Shown here: in pieces, positions 26,150 to 37,969 of the stretch
How positions within the stretch are numbered: position 1 is the stretch's first letter
How the letters are laid out: the number at the start of each line of letters is the position of its first letter
Source of the DNA: Negaprion brevirostris
Taxonomy: Eukaryota
Length of the DNA: 64,000 bases
Direction: 5' to 3'
NCBI GenBank assembly: GCA_030324005.1
Contig: JARDVH010000132.1
Span: 74,193,702 to 74,257,701 of the forward strand
Notes under the pieces: model-generated
Told to the model about the DNA's origin: nothing
The model's input: only the letters and a program-made list of their open reading frames with translations
Database searches by the model: none
Translations under genes and position numbers: made by a program

Positions 26150-27430
26150 GTTGAAAAAATACCAGGTGTCATTATATCTATTTTGGTGTCTCCTCAGGAA
26201 CTTATCTTCTTCTCTAGATCATAAAGCATCTTCATTCCTCTACATGGTGTTATTTAAATCTTTGATTCTTCTGGAATCTCCCAGAATTAATCATCCTAAC
26301 AGGTCTGTGAATAACCCAGAAGAAAGATTATTGGGATATATGTTTCTTTCATTTCATTTTGGCCAGAGCAGCAACAACTGAATTCTAAAAGTCTATGTTG
26401 AAAACTAACAAGATACAATTCCATTTGAGAGTAAGGAGGAAGCAGTGGCTAGTGGTATTGTTGCTGGGCTAGTAATCCAGAGACCCAGGTTAATGTTATG
26501 AGGCCCCAGATTCAAACCCCATCAAGGCAGATGGTGAAATTTGAACTCAGTAAAAATTTGGAATTAAAAGCCTGATGATCATTATCATAAAAATCCACCT
26601 GTTTCATTAACATCCTTTAGAGAAGGAAATCTATTGTCCTTACCTGGTCTGGCCTACATGTGACTCCAGATCCACAGCAATGTGGTTGACTCTTAAAATT
26701 CCAATAAATGCTAGCCTAGCCAGTGACATCCACATCCCATGAACAAACTAAAAAGTATATACATTTAGTTTGTGTTACTGTGAACTACAAAGTTAATCTG
26801 AATGAATAGTTTGTTTCAACGTGAAATGTTGCTGCTTCATTCAAATCCAACTTGGTTTGAATTAGTCAGACTAGTCGAGTTTCCTAAGCTGCTTGGCTTC
26901 ATCTTTCTGGAAAAGGGAATTAACTTGTCAAAGATATCTAACCACTCGAGTTTTTGGCCTCAATGGAATTCATTTACAGGTAATAGCAAAAGCAGAGGTG
27001 GGTCAATTTCTCTTGAAACTAATTGCTCATCCTCAACAGCTCTACGTATTGCTTAAACTCCACATTCAAATCAAAAGAGCTTCCGAATCCTTGGCCTTGC
27101 TAAAAATTAATTTGAAAAAATAATCAGAAAATTTGTAATGTGAAGTGTAACAGAGCTTTGTTCCTGTTCTGTGGTGTTTAACCAAAGCTATGATCGTAGC
27201 TATCGGCTTTCTTCCCAGATCAATCAATCTGTTCTGTAGTTGATCGATCCTTCAGGCTCATTTCCTATTAACTTGAGGGTTTCTCTAGGACTTGCACATC
27301 ACTTACTGCCACACAGTACTTAGTCACTGACTACCACACAGGATGGGCTTCAGGCATTTATTAGTGATATCTTGCACCTTCTAAAATCCAGCAATGAAGT
27401 AACATTCTAGCTGCAATAACATTGTACCTT
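26150..27430 (-). mobile_element. Possible very old CR1 ORF1 remnant (interrupted by a SINE)
   Basis: Weak traces only: VQCYCS, CVVVSD.VLCGSK, and LILGDS.IKDL (esterase block I-like). Confidence 0.3.
26438..26752 (+). mobile_element. tRNA-derived SINE, family 2 (tail shared with the LINE at 12435)
   Basis: tagtggtattg...taatccagag, B box agattcaaacc, gaaggaaatct...cttacctggtctggcctacatgtgactccaga, tail caataaatgctagcctagccagtgacatccacatccc. Confidence 0.85.
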
Positions 27431-27502
27431 CAGTATGAAATTAGATGTCGTTGCTATCATCTTGACTAGTCTATTCATATAGGTATGGCACATTATATTT
27501 TT

Positions 27503-27793
27503 AAAGTTAAAGTTTATTCAATAGTCACAATCAGGCTTACATTAACATTGCAATGAAGTTACTATGAAAATCCCTGAGTAGCCACACTCTGGCGCCTATT
27601 CAGGTACACTGAGGGAGAGTTTAGCATGGCCAATGCACCTAACTAGCATGTCTTTTGGACTGTGGGAGGAAACTGGAGCACCAGGAGGAAACCTACGCTT
27701 ACACAGGGAGAGCGTGCAGAAGGTGATCCAAGCCGGAAATTGAACCCAGGCCCCTGGAACTGTGGGACAGCAATGCTAGCAACTGTGCCACCC
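27503..27793 (-). mobile_element. V-SINE with alternative 3' tail (tail B)
   Basis: HE1-like head and core, but the tail is ...gtaacttcattgcaatgttaatgtaagcct...gtgacta...aataaactttaa. Confidence 0.85.
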
Positions 27794-28605
27794 ATCTATT
27801 GTAGTGGTAGTTGGGAATTACAACTGAGGACACTGGTGATCTTGTTTATCATTTGTTAACTTGTCACTATGTTTTAAGTTGTCCACAGATGATAACACTT
27901 TACCCTGCTAACCTGGAAAAAATGAAGATAATTATTAGTTGATACATAATTGTACCATGGTCTATGGATGTGGTACAAAGCTTGTTGATCTCCACTGCAA
28001 CCAAGAAATAATATATTTAAGGAGCTTTAAAATAAGTTTATCTTATGGAGATAAAAATAGGCCCAAAGTATTTCTTGAAAAATACTCACTAATATACAAT
28101 TCAAAAATGTGCAAAGTGTGCTGTATTAAAAAGGGAATCTAAACATTTCAATAAAAAATACACAACAAAGTCTCTCTGGCCAAAGAAATTTCCTTGCTCC
28201 CTTCCAAATGGACAATTTGGCCCAAGTACTGTGCAAGAGTTTAATTTTAATGTTTCGGTAATGGATCTGTTATCTCAATGCAGCTCTGGCACGAATGAGC
28301 ACAATAAGTTCAACTCAATATACTTAGAAGACATAATAGTAGCCCAGAGATAAATGGGCGCAGGCCATCACTCTTGACTGAGCATTCCCTCTGCCCGGCT
28401 GCAGACCTTCCTTCCTGGCCCATAGCTAAATCTGTCCTTCTTAGGTAACTTCAAGTTGCATGGTTTTCACTGACAGACTCCAAACAATACGTTTATTTAG
28501 AAACAAACATGATGGAATTTGCATTGTGAGCATTCAAACTGTAGTACTGCATGAATAAACCAAATATCATGACATACAATATCCTCTGGTTACTCTGAAA
28601 CATAC

Positions 28606-28726
28606 CTGATAGTTAGCAAGGAGCATTGCGCTAGCCTTTTCCCTGCACTTTTTAACCCTGTGTAGATCTGTCCCATCTCCATGGCCCCCTCCAGGCCAAT
28701 CACTTCAAATAGCTGATCACTTGGAT
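28606..28726 (-). CDS. dgkb: Diacylglycerol kinase beta, internal coding exon (accessory catalytic domain), 121 bp
   Basis: On the minus strand: strong polypyrimidine acceptor ttcttttgttgttttttcttttcag|ATCCAAGTG and donor ACTATCAG|gtatgt. Encodes (D)[39 protein letters not shown](R), matching the type I DGK motif [19 protein letters not shown] of DGKB/DGKG. Splices in frame to the 61-bp exon at 23309-23369. Confidence 0.95.
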
Positions 28727-29034
28727 CTGAAAAGAAAAAACAACAAAAGAATGAAATACCATGCTTACGGAATTCAATCTCATCAAAATATTCTCTTGAT
28801 TCCCACTTGATATCCAATCTCCTTTTCACAGCACATTGGAAAGTCCCATTAGATCTAAGTCACAATTTTAAGCTCAAATTCTTGTGCTGTTATATCTACA
28901 CAGAAAATTGGTATTTCTGCTCTTGTCCACTGACCAGTGGCAGTGGCATGTTACAGACCACTCCGGCAGTCCAAGTTGCTGTGGCAAGATACACTTTTAA
29001 ATGAATGTTGTAGTCACACAGAAAGTGGTGTGTG

Positions 29035-29240
29035 TCTGGAAGAAGCTGCCAGAGGCAGCAATAGAGGTGGGTACAATTTTGTCTTTTAGAAAGCATTTAG
29101 ACAGTTGATGGGTAAAATTGGTATGGAGGGATATGGGCTAAAAGGGGCCAACTGAGAGTGGCTTAATGGTTAAAAAAGGGGCAGCATGGACAAGTTGGGC
29201 TGAAGGGCCTGTTTTCATGCTGTAAATCTCTATGATTCTG
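29035..29240 (+). mobile_element. CR1 LINE 3' end
   Basis: aagctgccagaggcag...atggacaagttgggctgaagggcctgttttcatgctgtaaatctctatgattct; same family as 5240-5770. Confidence 0.85.
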
Positions 29241-29289
29241 ATGCTGAGTTTGGTTGATTTTCCTCCTGCTTGACTCTGTCACATTAAGT

Positions 29290-29592
29290 GGGTGGCATGG
29301 TGGCACAGTGGTTAGCACTGCTGCCTCACAGCACCAGGGACCCACGTTTGATACCCAGCTTGGGTCACCATCTGTGTGGAACTTGCACATTTCCCTGTGG
29401 CTGCATGGGTTTCCTTCCACAGTCCAAAGACGTGCAGTTTAGGTGGATTGGCCAAGCTAAATTTTCCCTCAGTGTCAATGGGATTAGCTAGGGTAAATGC
29501 TTAGGGTTACGGGGATAGGGAAAGGGTGGAATTGTTGTTGGTGTAGACTCAATTGGCCGGATGGTGTCCTTCAGCACTGTAGGATTCTATGG
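29290..29592 (+). mobile_element. HE1-like V-SINE, full length
   Basis: ggtggcacagtggttagcactgctgcctcacagc...cactgtaggattctatg. Confidence 0.9.
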
Positions 29593-30495
29593 TTATTAAT
29601 ATGGTCTCAGTTGTTAGGAACATTAGAAGACTTGACTGAAATAGTTGCGAGATAAACAAGATTCAGTGCATAGAATAGAAAAAGTTCAGCGATGAGAAAA
29701 ATGGTATAAATAGTTTCTAATGTATATATCGGCAACAAGAAAAAAAATATCTGCTAACATAAAACATGTGGTGACAGAAAAAGCAAGAGTGTGGGAGTTA
29801 GAATCAGACTCCAGTAGCATGTTGTGTACCTCCAGTTAGAATTGCCTATATACCTCAGTTACTTGCTTACATATATCGACAACTTCTAAAACTTAGAAAA
29901 TATGCACTATGAAGAGTATCAATTTTGATCAATGGACAGTTAGCTGGTTAGCAGCAGAGCCAACCAATCTTCAAGTGAAAATCATGGCAGAGGATAACCA
30001 GACACATATTTTTGCCAGACATGCTGAGAATCTGTGTGGTTGAGAAAATAATGGAATTGCACACCAAGATTAACACAATGGCTGGAAAGATGAGAAAATG
30101 GAATTTAACTTGTTTCTCTGTTATTGGCCATTATGAAAATAATTTGCCATTAATGAAACTGTACAACTTTTGTATTAATCCTAAAAGTGTAAACCACTAT
30201 AATTTTTTCATGCATAGCAAATGTACTATTTGTTTATTGTGGCTAATGACAGCAGCTATTGAGCCACCCAGCTTCTTTGGCATTCTGAGGAACTTTATGT
30301 GGGAGGTTGATGCTTTGATCCAAATATAATGTTTTTGAATAAGTGTTTGTTGACAATCTTGTGGTCACCTTTCAAGGTAAGCTGCTGTTCCTATGCACTA
30401 CTTTTGAACGCCTGATGGGAAAATTTTCCAGACACTAAAACTGACTTTGGATTGGAACAGCATTTCAAAATCTTAATCATCCACAAGCCTACTAT

Positions 30496-30800
30496 TGTGG
30501 TCTTATCTCTCATTTGCTTTTTACTCTCGAAGAGATCATGCCAGAGACAGTGGTCTTTTGTTGAAAACACATTTATTTCAAATAACTATTTACAAAAGTT
30601 CAATAAGACAATGATATAGCTGGAACTATTCTCTAAGGTGCCTCACTCTCAATCTTCTTTCAGTGAGTGACACCACTCTTTATGCACATGCTCAGTAACT
30701 ATTATTAGAGTTAACTCTTTATTGGACAGGGAGCAATGGAATTTCCTGTCCTAGGTCATTTATGAAGCAATGAGACACACCCCAATGACTGCATGCCAGG
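30496..30800 (-). mobile_element. Possible solo LTR
   Basis: Starts TGT and has tttatt (minus-strand AATAAA) in the LTR-typical position. No partner. Confidence 0.25.
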
Positions 30801-31070
30801 CCTTGGAGATTCCAACCATAGTGTGCATAGAATCAGAGAATGATAAAGCATGGAAGGAGACCATTTGATCAATTGTTGACAGAGATTGGCAGCAGATTTT
30901 GCATGAAAGCTTTCCGATGGTCAGGCTTAAGTTGTAAAATCAGTTTCTGCCTTTAAACAGTTTAATTCTTACAATTTTATGATCTCTCCGGCCCCAAGAT
31001 CTTGCTGGTGGCCAGGTTTATTTTCTGGTTGACCTTTGGGCTAGAGTATCCAGTTATTATTACTACTAGG

Positions 31071-31074
<4 letters not shown>

Positions 31075-31112
<38 letters not shown>
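31075..31112. repeat. (TG)19 microsatellite
   Basis: Perfect TG run followed by a G-tract. Confidence 0.97.
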
Positions 31113-31114
<2 letters not shown>

Positions 31115-31686
31115 GGGGGGGGAGGTGGCTGCAGGGTAAGGAATGTTGACTTCATGACTCTGTCAAGCCCATGTGTACTGTGAGTAGCAGCTCAGCTCCA
31201 GCATCTCAGAAATCCTGGAACTTTCCTCAGGCTGTGCAAACTGGACAGAGACACAATGAACTTAGTGTATCACAGGAGCAAGGTCAGGAAGATTGGTGAT
31301 CTGTTTATTTCCAAACTAAAAATTTTGCCAGTCTATCCTCATGTAAAAAAACTGGTTTGAAGGAATGTTTACTTGGGAGTAAGTTGACAAAGAGCTTTCA
31401 GCTGTAATGATTCTGACACATGGCACAGTAATTTGAGATTTAAAAAACTGAGTGTGTTTGAGTGTTTTATATTCCTGGTGCAGAGCATCAGTTGCTAGGG
31501 GCTTAGATCAGGAAATAGAATGTGAAGTTCAGAGGCTTCCATTGGATTTTACACCCATTCACTTTAATCTTAATTTATCTATAGTTTCACATTGGCAGAA
31601 TAAAAATACACAAGGTAATCCAAGACCAACAGTTCTAACAAAACTGTAGTCAAAATATTGGATTGTTATTCAAAAGTATGCGATTG

Positions 31687-31892
31687 TGGCAAATTTTCCT
31701 GTTCTTGCTTCCAGCTGTATTGGATCACTGGGTGAAGAGGAATCATATGAGACAGATCACATGTTGGTAAATTAAACTACAAATAATTGTACAGACTCTC
31801 CTCAGGTTTCAGATTCTTCATTCGTGACTTTTCTCTGTTCACTGACCTAGCTGCTCCAATATACCCAGATGGAGAAACAAGAAAATCTACCA
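31687..31892. mobile_element. ~205-bp MITE
   Basis: Imperfect TIRs: left tggcaaattttcctgtt, right (reverse complement) tggtagattttcttgtt. Confidence 0.5.
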
Positions 31893-32009
31893 GATCATTT
31901 CACTTATTGATGTTTACTCTACATCTTTAAATAGCAGCAGAGATGTTTCTGGCATCTGTGAAGATCGAAGATCTCCATTAAAATGGTATTCCACATGTTC
32001 GTTCACTAT

Positions 32010-32170
32010 TGGCACAAAGTGATGTCAACAGCATGGGTTCAATTCCCGTACTGACAGAGTTTATTCGTGAAGGCCCCGCCTTCTTAACCTTGGCCCTCGC
32101 CTGAAGTGTGGTGATCGTCAGGTTAAATCACACCAGCCTAAAGTCATCGAGGGCTATGATGATTTTACTT
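32010..32170 (+). mobile_element. tRNA-derived SINE, family 3
   Basis: B box gggttcaattccc, then gaaggccccgccttc...ctcgcctga.gtgtggtgatc.tcaggttaaatcac and tail ctatgatgattttactt. Confidence 0.7.
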
Positions 32171-32470
32171 CATCAATGGGACACACAAAAGACACAATAC
32201 ACATTTCATAACATTCTCCAAGTATTCCCAGAAAGAATATTGGTTAATCCATTACCTCATATCAATCTCACAGAAGTTCTGAAATATAAAATATTGGATT
32301 TAGTAATTTCCTTGTCTTGATTTCGTTTCTTGCTGTTTACTTTTAATCAACCTGCTCAATTGTTGGACCAGATGACGCACCTCACCAGAATGAGTACTGC
32401 CAGCATCAGGAAAGCCACCTGGTGATTTACCAGCACCCTGATAGAGCTTTGTGATGACAGGGTTGCAGAT
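32170..32470 (-). pseudogene. 5'-truncated HSP70/HSC70 (hspa8-like) fragment: last ~42 codons plus probable 3' UTR
   Basis: Minus strand 32470-32343 reads ICNPVITKLYQGAGKSPGGFPDAGSTHSG, then a 1-nt frameshift, then GASSGPTIEQVD*. This is the cytosolic HSP70 C-terminus (CNPIITKLYQ...GPTIEEVD). No HSP70 similarity or splice acceptor upstream. An AT-rich UTR-like tract runs down to about 32170. Confidence 0.88.
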
Positions 32471-33162
32471 CAGTGACGAACTATGAAGATTGTGTCGTGC
32501 ATATTATATGCTGCCATTCTGCTGTTTCTACTGTGGCTTCTCTGCTGGCAAGTTTGGCTCTGCTATTGGGCTATTCTGGTAGGAGCAGCATCCATCACTG
32601 AAAGGTAACCCTCATTTATTGAAGCTATTTGTTGATTCTTGCACTGAACGCCACTGTTCCTCTGGCTTTTTGTTTTACTTTGCTATTGCCTAGCTGACCA
32701 AATTGTCCCCTAAACTGGGTTTTGATACTTCTTTCTTGGGCTTCCTTTCATCTTGTTTGCTGGTTCTCTGCCCCAAAGCTCTGTCCAAGTCTTTCTCCTC
32801 TATTGATCCTGTAACTGGCAGTAAGCAAATGTTCAGGCAAGTACCAGTCTGGAAGTCAGCAGGTAATCAAAACCAGGTCCAGAGGTCCATAGAGGAGAAT
32901 TACTTGATGTAGAACTAATCGATGGAATAACAGTGAGGCATGCCTACTAGAATTATAAAAAAGTGAGAACATTGATGCATGCAGCATGTTTCCAAATCAA
33001 TGACGCAATTCACAAAGCATCAATCTCAAATCTTGTATCTAATATTCAATAGCATCTCACTGAAAATAAGTAACCATAACTTGACTTTCGCTGACTGAGC
33101 ATGTTCACCTGTGCAGCGCAACTGCTCAATCTTAAGACATGATGCCGGCATTGGACACAGGT

Positions 33163-33226
33163 GGGCACAGTAAGAAGTCTCACAACACCAGGCTAAAGCT
33201 TTTGGAGAGCTGCTCCTTCATCAGGT
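33163..33226 (-). mobile_element. Penelope-like terminal fragment with a decayed hammerhead ribozyme core
   Basis: gtaagaagtctcacaacaccagg end. Minus strand reads CTGATGA-A-GGAG-cagct-CTCC-aAAA. Confidence 0.6.
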
Positions 33227-33227
33227 T

Positions 33228-33650
33228 ATTTAAGAAAAGACGTACTTGCCCTATAGGAAGTGCAACATAGGTTCATTAATCTAATTCTTGGGGTGTTGGG
33301 ATTGTCCTATGGGGAAAGATGAATGGGGTAGACAATTATTCCCTGGAGTTTAGAAGCATGAGAGATCATCTAATTGATACACAGAAATTTTTTTTTTGAA
33401 GGATTTAACAGCATAGATGCTTAGAAAATGTTTCTACTGGCTGGGGAATCTAGAAGATTGGGTCATAAGTCTCAGAATAAGGGATAGCCATTTAGGATTG
33501 AGATAAGGAGAAATTTCTTCACTAAGATGGTTGTGAATTTTTGGAATTCCCCGTTCCAGAGAGGTGCCAGATGTTCAGACATTGAGAATATTCCAAGCTT
33601 GGGTGAATAGATTTTTGGGCACAAAGATAATTAAGAAATATGGATGTTGT
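33228..33650 (+). mobile_element. CR1 LINE 3' fragment
   Basis: SLEFRSMRDHLI, gtctcagaataaggg, aggagaaatttcttcact, tggaattccc. Confidence 0.85.
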
Positions 33651-33659
33651 GGGTTACAT

Positions 33660-35140
33660 TAAAGTGCTGGCGAGAGAACATGTCCTAGAAGGGTCAAGGG
33701 CAGAATCTATTTGATTAGCGTTAAGAAATAACAGCGGTATCATTGCATAATTGGTGTTTCCTATAGGACACCAACTCGTAGAAAAAGATAGTGAGGAACA
33801 CATTTCCAAGGAAATTGTAGAGGCATGCAATTTAGTTTAGAGTAGCTTTAATGTGGGATTTAATTTGTCTTATTGTAGACAGAGATGGTAAATATTTTGA
33901 AGGACAGAGAGGAAGAATTTACAAAACATGCACAATTTTCTAGATCATTATGTTTCTGGCCCAATAAAAAAAGGAGGCATCACTGGATCTGGTTCTGGGG
34001 AATGAGGTCAGTCAAACAGATCAAGTGTCAGTAGGAGAACATTTAAGTGACAATGATCATGGTATTACAAAGTTTAATCTATCTATATAGATAAGGACAA
34101 GGAGCAATCTGGAGTAAAATTAATTAACTGGGAGAAGCATATTATTCTCATATTTTTCCCTCACCTCAGCTCTAAGGAAGAGTCTTACAGATTCAAAATG
34201 TTAAAAAGGGACAGGATTTTCAAGCTGTTCTCACTGGTTTTCCATTCCCGCTGACTGTGGCCCCCACTGTGGGTCGTCTGGTAGCCAAGCATGCAAACAA
34301 CACGCAACCCCATTGACACCAGTGGGATCTGATGGGTCACCTCTGCTAGTCCAAAAGAAAACCGCAAGGAGTGCTGATATTTCCATCCTTTGTTTCTCTT
34401 CTCACAGATGCTGTCAGATCAGGTGAGTTTGTGAGCATTTCCTGCTTTTACTAGCTGGGAGAAAGCCACCTTCAAGGGGTGAGAATCAATCCACCCAAAC
34501 TAAACTGGAATCTAAGACTGAGAGGCAAAGTGTATTTAAAAGAAAAGGCTGCCTTGAAAGAGAAGATAATTTGTGCATAGGTAGGTATATTCCCATGAGG
34601 AGAAAACATAGAGCATACAAAGTCAGAGCTCCCTGCACAACCAAAGAGATAGGATTTAGATAAATCAGAAAAAGGATGTATGTGGCAGATGGCAGGTGGA
34701 TAAAACAACGGATAGCCAGGCTGAAGAGAAAATGTTCAGAGAAGTGTAAAAATAAAATGAGAGAAGCAAAGACAGAGTATGAGGAGAGACTGGCAGTTAA
34801 TATTAAAGATAATCCAAAAGTCTTTAAAGACATATAAATATAAAACAATGGTAAAAGGAAGTGTTGAACTGATTAAGGACCAGAAAAGAGTTTATCCATG
34901 GAGGCTGAGGGCATCGCTGAAATATTAAATGAGCTTTTAAATCTGTCTTTAGCAGGGAAATGGATCCTGCCCTAACCATAGTGAAAGACGAGGTAGTGGA
35001 AACACTGGGTGGGCTAAAAATTGACAATGATAATGGTATATTTCAAGCTGGTAATCACTAGGGCCAGATGAGGTACATCCAAGAACACTAAGTAAAGTAA
35101 GAGTGGAAATTGCATAAGCATTGGCCATAATTTTAAAGCC
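33660..35140 (+). mobile_element. CR1 ORF2 remnant (endonuclease to linker) with nested inserts
   Basis: IGVSYRTP, LDLVLGNE, GEHLSDNDH, LAVNIKDNPKVF, AEILNE.F.SVF; resumes after the 34137-34454 insert. Confidence 0.85.
34137..34454 (+). mobile_element. Penelope-like fragment, itself split by a ~180-bp MITE (about 34205-34388)
   Basis: gctctaaggaagagtc..acagattcaaaatgttaa ... cacagatgctgtcaga...gagttt...agcatttcctgctttt. Flanked by a ctgggagaa duplication (34128-34136 / 34455-34463). Confidence 0.6.
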
Positions 35141-36000
35141 TATGTTTGTCCATGAGTGTCGAAAATTTGAAATAGAAGATTATACACAGTCTTGTTGAAT
35201 GTTGGAGCAGACTTGACAAGCCATATGGTCTATTCCTCCTTTCGTTTCTTCTGTGTGCTTGTGAAATGGTCTATTCCTCCTCCTATTTTTCGGCATTTTT
35301 TTATGAACTTAACTTGCAGCAGCATTTTAAAAGTTGTTACTCTTCAGGTTTCCTATTCCCTGAGTGCTTCCTGCCCATGGTAAAAATGTATAGATAGCAC
35401 AGGCAGAGGTGTCTTTGGAAGTTGACAGGGTTTGATCATGTCACAACTACACAAAACTAGCTATGGTAACATAATGACCATGACTGAGATTTTCCCCTCT
35501 GATTCACTTTCAGTGGATTTGGAGACTGGAGTGAAAAACATCTCAAAGAGCAAAGTTGTGTGTTACATTGGTGTAAACACGTGACGTGATTGTCCCCTCC
35601 TGCCATCAGTGTTGGGGCACTATTGTCAGGCCCATGTGCTGGAATCATCCCTCAAGCCAGCGTGGATAGATTTTCTGTCTGAACAGTAGAACGCCGTGAA
35701 TCACAACTGGTCTCCGAAGGTGTGCACCTGGTGAGCAGGCCTCTCAGGGGAGTGTAGCACTCAGAGTGGAGAAGGTTGTGCCTGGTTAATGCCTAGGCAC
35801 CACCCAGCCCCCAGTGGCACTGTCCTGACAATGCTACCCCTCCCTTGGAGCCAGAGGTTGTTCCAAAATTAATTGGTTTGCTTCCTGTGAGCTGGGACTG
35901 CCTTTAAACCTGACCCTCCAATCGGCACATTTCCAAGTTGCTGGCAGGGCAGGCAATCAGAGATCTTCCTGCCAGTGATCATGGGACCCGATCCTTGCGG

Positions 36001-36031
<31 letters not shown>

Positions 36032-36159
36032 GNNNNNNNNNNNNCCTTATCCCCAAGGTGCTGCACAGTGCAGCAGAGAAAGCTGGCATTGCTGTTGGCA
36101 GCATCAACACTGCTTTTCCCACCTGCCATCGATCTTTACTGATTTCTGGGAATATTTCA

Positions 36160-36840
36160 CTATGTTACTGGACTAGCCTGGGGAATAATAACCTGGTAGC
36201 ATGAGTTCAAGTCCCATTAGGACAGCTGGGGAATTTGAGTTTAATTAATTAAATCTTGATTTTGAAAATAAATACCAATATAAGTAATAATGGCAATGTA
36301 ATGAGTAAATTATCATTTAAAAAAAAATCTACTTCCCTATTAGCCTTGCACGAAATAAATCTAGTGTCCTCCCCCAGTCTGGTCTTTTTGGGATTCCTGA
36401 CCCGACAGCATGTAGAGTAGAATCATAGATTGGTTATGGCACAGAAGGAAGATCCTTTAACGGGTGAAGAAGTTTTTCTGTTTGTTGCCATTGCTTCTTC
36501 TGCCAATTACCTGAAATCTGTGCCCTCTGGTTCTTGACCTTTCCATCAATGGGTTGCTCCTCTCTAATCTGTCCAGAATCCTCACTATTTTGAATACCTC
36601 TATCCAATCCCCTCTCAAGCTTCCTCTCTGCAAGGGGAACAGTCCCAATATCTCCAATCTTTCTAAGTTACTGAAGTGGTTGGTGTGGTTGACTCTTAAT
36701 TGTCTTCTGAAATGGCTGAACAAGCCACTCACCTGCAGCAAATTGCTATGCTTGCAGCCAGTCAAAAAGTCAGCTTACTACCAGTGCCTTTAGGGCATTC
36801 AGGGATGAACATTAAATGCTGGTCTCAATCCAAGAATGAA
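36160..36840 (+). mobile_element. Family-2 SINE interrupted by a CR1 3' fragment
   Basis: The SINE body stops at cccgacagcatg (about 36412) and resumes at tgtggttgactcttaattgtcttctgaaatggc (about 36684). Confidence 0.7.
36413..36676 (-). mobile_element. CR1 LINE 3' fragment
   Basis: RLEILGLFPLQRGSLRGDWIEVFKIVRILDR...TRGHRFQVIGRR...KNFFTR. Confidence 0.88.
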
Positions 36841-36910
36841 TTAAACTAAATAATGTAATTTTTGGTCTCATTGTGATGAGCTCAACGTAAAATTTTACCC
36901 CTTCTACCTA

Positions 36911-37160
36911 GATGGTGGCACACTGGTTAGCACTCCTTCAACACAGTGCCAGGGACCCTGTTTCAGTTCTAGCCTTGACTGACCGTCTGAGTGGAGTTTC
37001 AATGTTCTCCCAGTTTCCTCCCACACTCCAAAAATGTGCAGGTTAGGTTCATTGGCCATGCTAAATTTTCCCTGAGATATTGCCTGGGTGCAATTGTTGT
37101 TGGTGCAAGCTGAATGGGCAGAATGGCCTGCTTTGCACTGTAGGGATTCTATGATCTATG
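36911..37160 (+). mobile_element. HE1-like V-SINE (internally deleted)
   Basis: ggtggcacactggttagcac...ggttagg...gcactgtagggattctatga. Confidence 0.85.
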
Positions 37161-37969
37161 GAGACTGAGTGGGTGAGAAATTTTACATTTCTGATTTTTA
37201 AGAATGTTATATACCTTGGTCACACTTTGCTTAAACAATAATTCTGAAGTCTGTCTCAGGACATATCTTCAATTCATAGATTTAGGAAAACAAGTCTGTA
37301 TTTGCTGCTCCCATCAGGAGTGGCACTTGCAGGAAGTACATCTTGATAAGCACAGGAGGCAGGAATGTGGCTCGTTGATAATTCTTTTTAAAATCCATGC
37401 ATTAAAAACAGTTTATTTGGATGTTCACTCAGAAGTAATAGCAACAAACAGAAAAACTTCTTCACCCACAAATAAAATGGGCTGATATGACAGGGGACTG
37501 GTAGAGTAATTAAAGAAACACAGACAAAAGCTTACTTCCTTCTGAGTGGATGAACGAAGATGAATTAAATGTCTTCTCCCTTCTCACTTGTAGTTTTTTT
37601 AACAAAGTCGCCTTTCAAATCCATTCTCAAATGAGTGAGAAAGCAATGCTTCATGTGAAGTTGAGCAAGTCTCATTGGTTGATTAAATTACATGTATCTT
37701 TTCAGAACATTTTAGTTCCCACATTGTGCAATGTCTGGACTGAAACGGATTGGAGCTCAACCAGGACATTAATGTATATATAAAAATCATCCTAAGTTAT
37801 GAAAGCAAATTCAGAGCAGACTTCCTCTCAAAGCCAGTTGAGCTTCTTCAATATTGATTTAGTGCCACGCTACTGTGTTAGTTCCCAACGTGCAGTCTGT
37901 TAACCCCAAAGCAAATTGTGTGGATTTGCAGTGGCTGGCAGCCAACTAGAGGCAATTTCATCTGAAGGC

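Noticed and set aside
32483-32608. Hydrophobic plus-strand mini-ORF MKIVSCILYAAILLFLLWLLCW... next to the HSP70 fragment
   Set aside because: Only 41 codons with no homology recognised. T-rich DNA readily gives hydrophobic peptides.
36003-36044. 30-nt G run as a G-quadruplex
   Set aside because: Abuts an N gap inside a repeat, so its length is unreliable.
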